A DNA stretch of 10,037 nucleotides, taken from positions 1 to 10,037 of the forward strand of contig JBCCXZ010000096.1 of NCBI GenBank assembly GCA_039190745.1. The letters are read 5' to 3'. Under the pieces are notes generated by a model. It had not been told where the DNA came from. It searched no databases and saw nothing but the letters and a program-made list of their open reading frames with translations. Within the stretch, counting starts at the first letter, position 1. Each line of letters starts with the position of its first letter. Below are positions 7,721 through 10,037 of the stretch, one piece after another. The DNA comes from Planctomycetota bacterium (GTDB lineage: Bacteria; Planctomycetota; Planctomycetia; Pirellulales; Lacipirellulaceae). Made by a program: the position numbers and the translations under genes.

Positions 7721-7870
7721 CGAGTCTGTTTGCCGCGGCGAAGCAGCCTCTCCACGTTTCTCCGCTTCACAACAGACTCGGCCGCTGTGCCCAGCGACGC
7801 ATGACGCGTCGTCAGCCCGGCCCGGTCTTTGTCCTGTAGGGTCTTGAAGGCTCAAGGAAGTCTCCGAGTC

Positions 7871-8704
7871 ATGAGCACAGCGACTATCCAGCGTCAGTAC
7901 GACGAACTGATCGCCGACAACTACGACGCCGACCCGCAGGGACTAACCGGCAAAGCCCTCGATCGCGCACTCGATCAACTCGCCGACGCGGGCTGCCTTG
8001 CCGGAGACGGCGACCTGAAATCCATCGACGTGGGCATGGGGACCGGCTTGTTTTTCGACAAGCTCGCCTCCCGCACCGACCGGGAGATCGGGCCCTACGG
8101 CATCGACCTCTCCCAGCGTATGCTCGAGATTGCCCACGAGCGTATCCCCGAGCTGCGGTACGCAGTTGACGACGCGGCCAACCTTGACGACCACTTTGTG
8201 GAAGACCTCTTCGATCTAGCGTGCACCCACTTCATCACTGGGTTCGTGCCGCTGGCCGACCTGGCCCCCGTCATCTGGAACAAGCTCCAGCCAGGCGGGT
8301 ACTGGTCGTTCGTTGGAGCCTCCAGCGATGCATTCCCGGGCTTGCAGAAGCGGGCCTCCTCGAAGCTGATCCAAATGCTGGTCGGCAAACGCAGCTCAAA
8401 CCTCGATGAGTTGATCACGCCCAACGACCAATCCGCCGTCGAGGGCATCTTCCGCGGCAGCGGGTTTGAGGTGGTCGCTGCTGAGACGTTCCAGCCCAGG
8501 CTCTCCTTCCAAAACTTCCGCGAGTTCATGGAGTTCGCCTACCTGGGCGGCTGGCTCACGCCGTTCATCGAAGAGCTCGGCTTGCAAAAGGCGCCCCCGT
8601 ACCTGCGGATGCTGCTCAACCGGTTCTTTTTCCCAATGCAGGACCACCACACTATCGTGCTGGGCGTGGCGCGGAAGCCGCTCGAAGTCGGCGCTGCGGA
8701 GTGA
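7871..8704 (+). CDS. Class I SAM-dependent methyltransferase, about 277 aa
   Basis: ATG 7871 (MSTATIQRQYDELIADNYD) is preferred over TTG 7829. Motif I IDVGMGTG (nt ~8024-8047), GIDLSQRMLEIA, DDAANL, FDLACTHF and motif III LQPGGY. Confidence 0.9.
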   Translation: MSTATIQRQYDELIADNYDADPQGLTGKALDRALDQLADAGCLAGDGDLKSIDVGMGTGLFFDKLASRTDREIGPYGIDLSQRMLEIAHERIPELRYAVDDAANLDDHFVEDLFDLACTHFITGFVPLADLAPVIWNKLQPGGYWSFVGASSDAFPGLQKRASSKLIQMLVGKRSSNLDELITPNDQSAVEGIFRGSGFEVVAAETFQPRLSFQNFREFMEFAYLGGWLTPFIEELGLQKAPPYLRMLLNRFFFPMQDHHTIVLGVARKPLEVGAAE

Positions 8705-8757
8705 GTCGGAGCGTTCCAGCGGCGCTGGCCTGTTAGCGTCCAGAGGGGGCTGAGCCT

Positions 8758-10023
8758 ATGCGTGTCGCGATCGTCGCGGAGGTTTATCTGCCGAAGGTTG
8801 ACGGCGTCGTGATGCGCACGATGAACCTTATCGATTGCCTGCTGAAACGCGGCGACGAGGTGCTGGTCGTCTGCCCCGAGGTTCCCCGCCGCGGCGAGAG
8901 CCCCGTACCGCTGGTCGAGTTTCCCAGCTTCCCGTTCCCCGACTACCCGGAGTACCGCATCGGGCTTCCGGACGCACGCCTTCCCAAGGCGCTACAGGAT
9001 TTTGGGCCCGACGTAGTGCACTACCTGAACCCGTTTGCCTTCGGCTTCCGCTGCCACGACGTCGTACGCAAAGCGAAGCTTGACTTGCCGAGCGTCTTCT
9101 CGTTCCACACGCTCTACGGCGAGTTCGTGAAGCAGTACCCTTTCCTGAGCCCCCTCTCGCCGGTGCTGTGGTGGTTGACTAAGCAATACCACAACCGGGC
9201 CGACGCGAACCTTACGGTCTCGACCGTTATGCGCGACGACCTGACCGACCGCGGGTTCGAGCGCGTGCATCTGTGGCCGCCGGCGGTCGACAGCGAGTTG
9301 TTCCGCCCCGACCGCGCTACCGCCGCGATGCGGGAACACCTCTCCGGTGGACGCCCAGACGGCCCGCTGCTCCTGACCGTCTCAAGGCTGGCCCCCGAGA
9401 AGAACGTCGAGTTCCTTGCCGAGGTCCTGCGGCAAACCCCCGAGGCCAGGTTGGCTGTCGTCGGCGACGGCCCGCAGCGTGCTGAGCTCGAGCGCCGATT
9501 CGAGGGTACGAATGCAAACTTCGTCGGCTACAAGAGGGGCGAGGAGTTGGCCGAGGCCTACGCGTCTGCGGATGCGTTTGTCTACGCTTCTGAGACCGAG
9601 ACGCTCGGCAACGTTATTCTCGAGGCGATGGCCAGCGGGCTCTCGGTGGTGGCGCCGCGGGCGGGCGGCATCCCCAGCATGGTCGAAGAGGGAGAAACCG
9701 GGCTCCTGTTCAACCCGGGCGACACGGCCGACGCAGTCGCCAAACTGGCTGCAGTCCTCCAAGACGACGACTTCCGAACCGAGATGGGCCAGAAGGCCTT
9801 CGAAGCGGCCTCCGGGCAGTCCTGGGAGAACTCCGCTGACCGGGTTCGGGAATACTACCAGAAGGCCGCCGAGGCCCACCGCAACGGCGACGGGGCCCTT
9901 CAGTTGCGTGGGGGGCTGGCGCAGGCAACCATCGACTCGCTTGTCCTTGCTTACAGGGCCATGTCCTGGGCCCAGCAGGGCAAAGAACCGGCTGTACAGC
10001 CGTCCGAATCGCGGCCAAACTAG
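8758..10023 (+). CDS. GT4 (GT-B, retaining) glycosyltransferase, SqdX/SQD2-like putative glycolipid synthase
   Basis: MRVAIVAEVYLPKVDGVV, FPDYPEYRIG, SFHT, HNRADANL, FRPDRATAAMREHLSGGRPDGPLLL, RLAPEK, VGDGP and the E-x7-E motif ETLGNVILE (E281-E289). Purine-rich RBS AGAGGGGG at 8742-8749. Confidence 0.9.
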   Translation: MRVAIVAEVYLPKVDGVVMRTMNLIDCLLKRGDEVLVVCPEVPRRGESPVPLVEFPSFPFPDYPEYRIGLPDARLPKALQDFGPDVVHYLNPFAFGFRCHDVVRKAKLDLPSVFSFHTLYGEFVKQYPFLSPLSPVLWWLTKQYHNRADANLTVSTVMRDDLTDRGFERVHLWPPAVDSELFRPDRATAAMREHLSGGRPDGPLLLTVSRLAPEKNVEFLAEVLRQTPEARLAVVGDGPQRAELERRFEGTNANFVGYKRGEELAEAYASADAFVYASETETLGNVILEAMASGLSVVAPRAGGIPSMVEEGETGLLFNPGDTADAVAKLAAVLQDDDFRTEMGQKAFEAASGQSWENSADRVREYYQKAAEAHRNGDGALQLRGGLAQATIDSLVLAYRAMSWAQQGKEPAVQPSESRPN

Positions 10024-10037
10024 TTACATGTCCCGCC

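Noticed and set aside
7522..7770. 82-aa and 78-aa ORFs in the divergent intergenic region
   Set aside because: No RBS or motif, and they span the likely promoter region.
8716..8728. Palindrome CCAGCG-G-CGCTGG between the methyltransferase and GT (similarly CGACGC-N5-GCGTCG at 7795-7811)
   Set aside because: 6-bp GC-rich arms arise by chance at this composition, with no U-tract and no second copy seen.

Overview
GC-rich bacterial window, almost fully coding, with no RNA genes, mobile elements or CRISPR arrays that I can support. Two transcription units diverge from a ~340-bp intergenic region (7532-7870). The minus-strand unit is a tightly packed operon: GMC-family FAD oxidoreductase (7531-6014), a divergent phosphatidylserine-decarboxylase-family proenzyme (5999-4983), a fusion of a degenerate SDR-like domain with a VAO/PCMH (aldonolactone-oxidase-like) FAD domain (4986-3256), a 705-aa tandem-duplicated class-III aminotransferase (3290-1173) and a DUF962/Mpo1-like membrane protein (1128-622). 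It is followed by a POT/PTR peptide transporter that runs off the left edge (536-<1). The plus-strand unit holds a class I SAM methyltransferase (7871-8704) and a GT4 glycosyltransferase closely resembling cyanobacterial SqdX (8758-10023). I know of no characterised pathway with this gene set. Several enzymes keep their catalytic core but differ at canonical substrate-contact positions. My inference is a dedicated biosynthetic or tailoring cluster, most plausibly for a possibly phosphorus-free amino/glyco-lipid. Family calls come from motif recognition and recalled reference sequences, not database searches.
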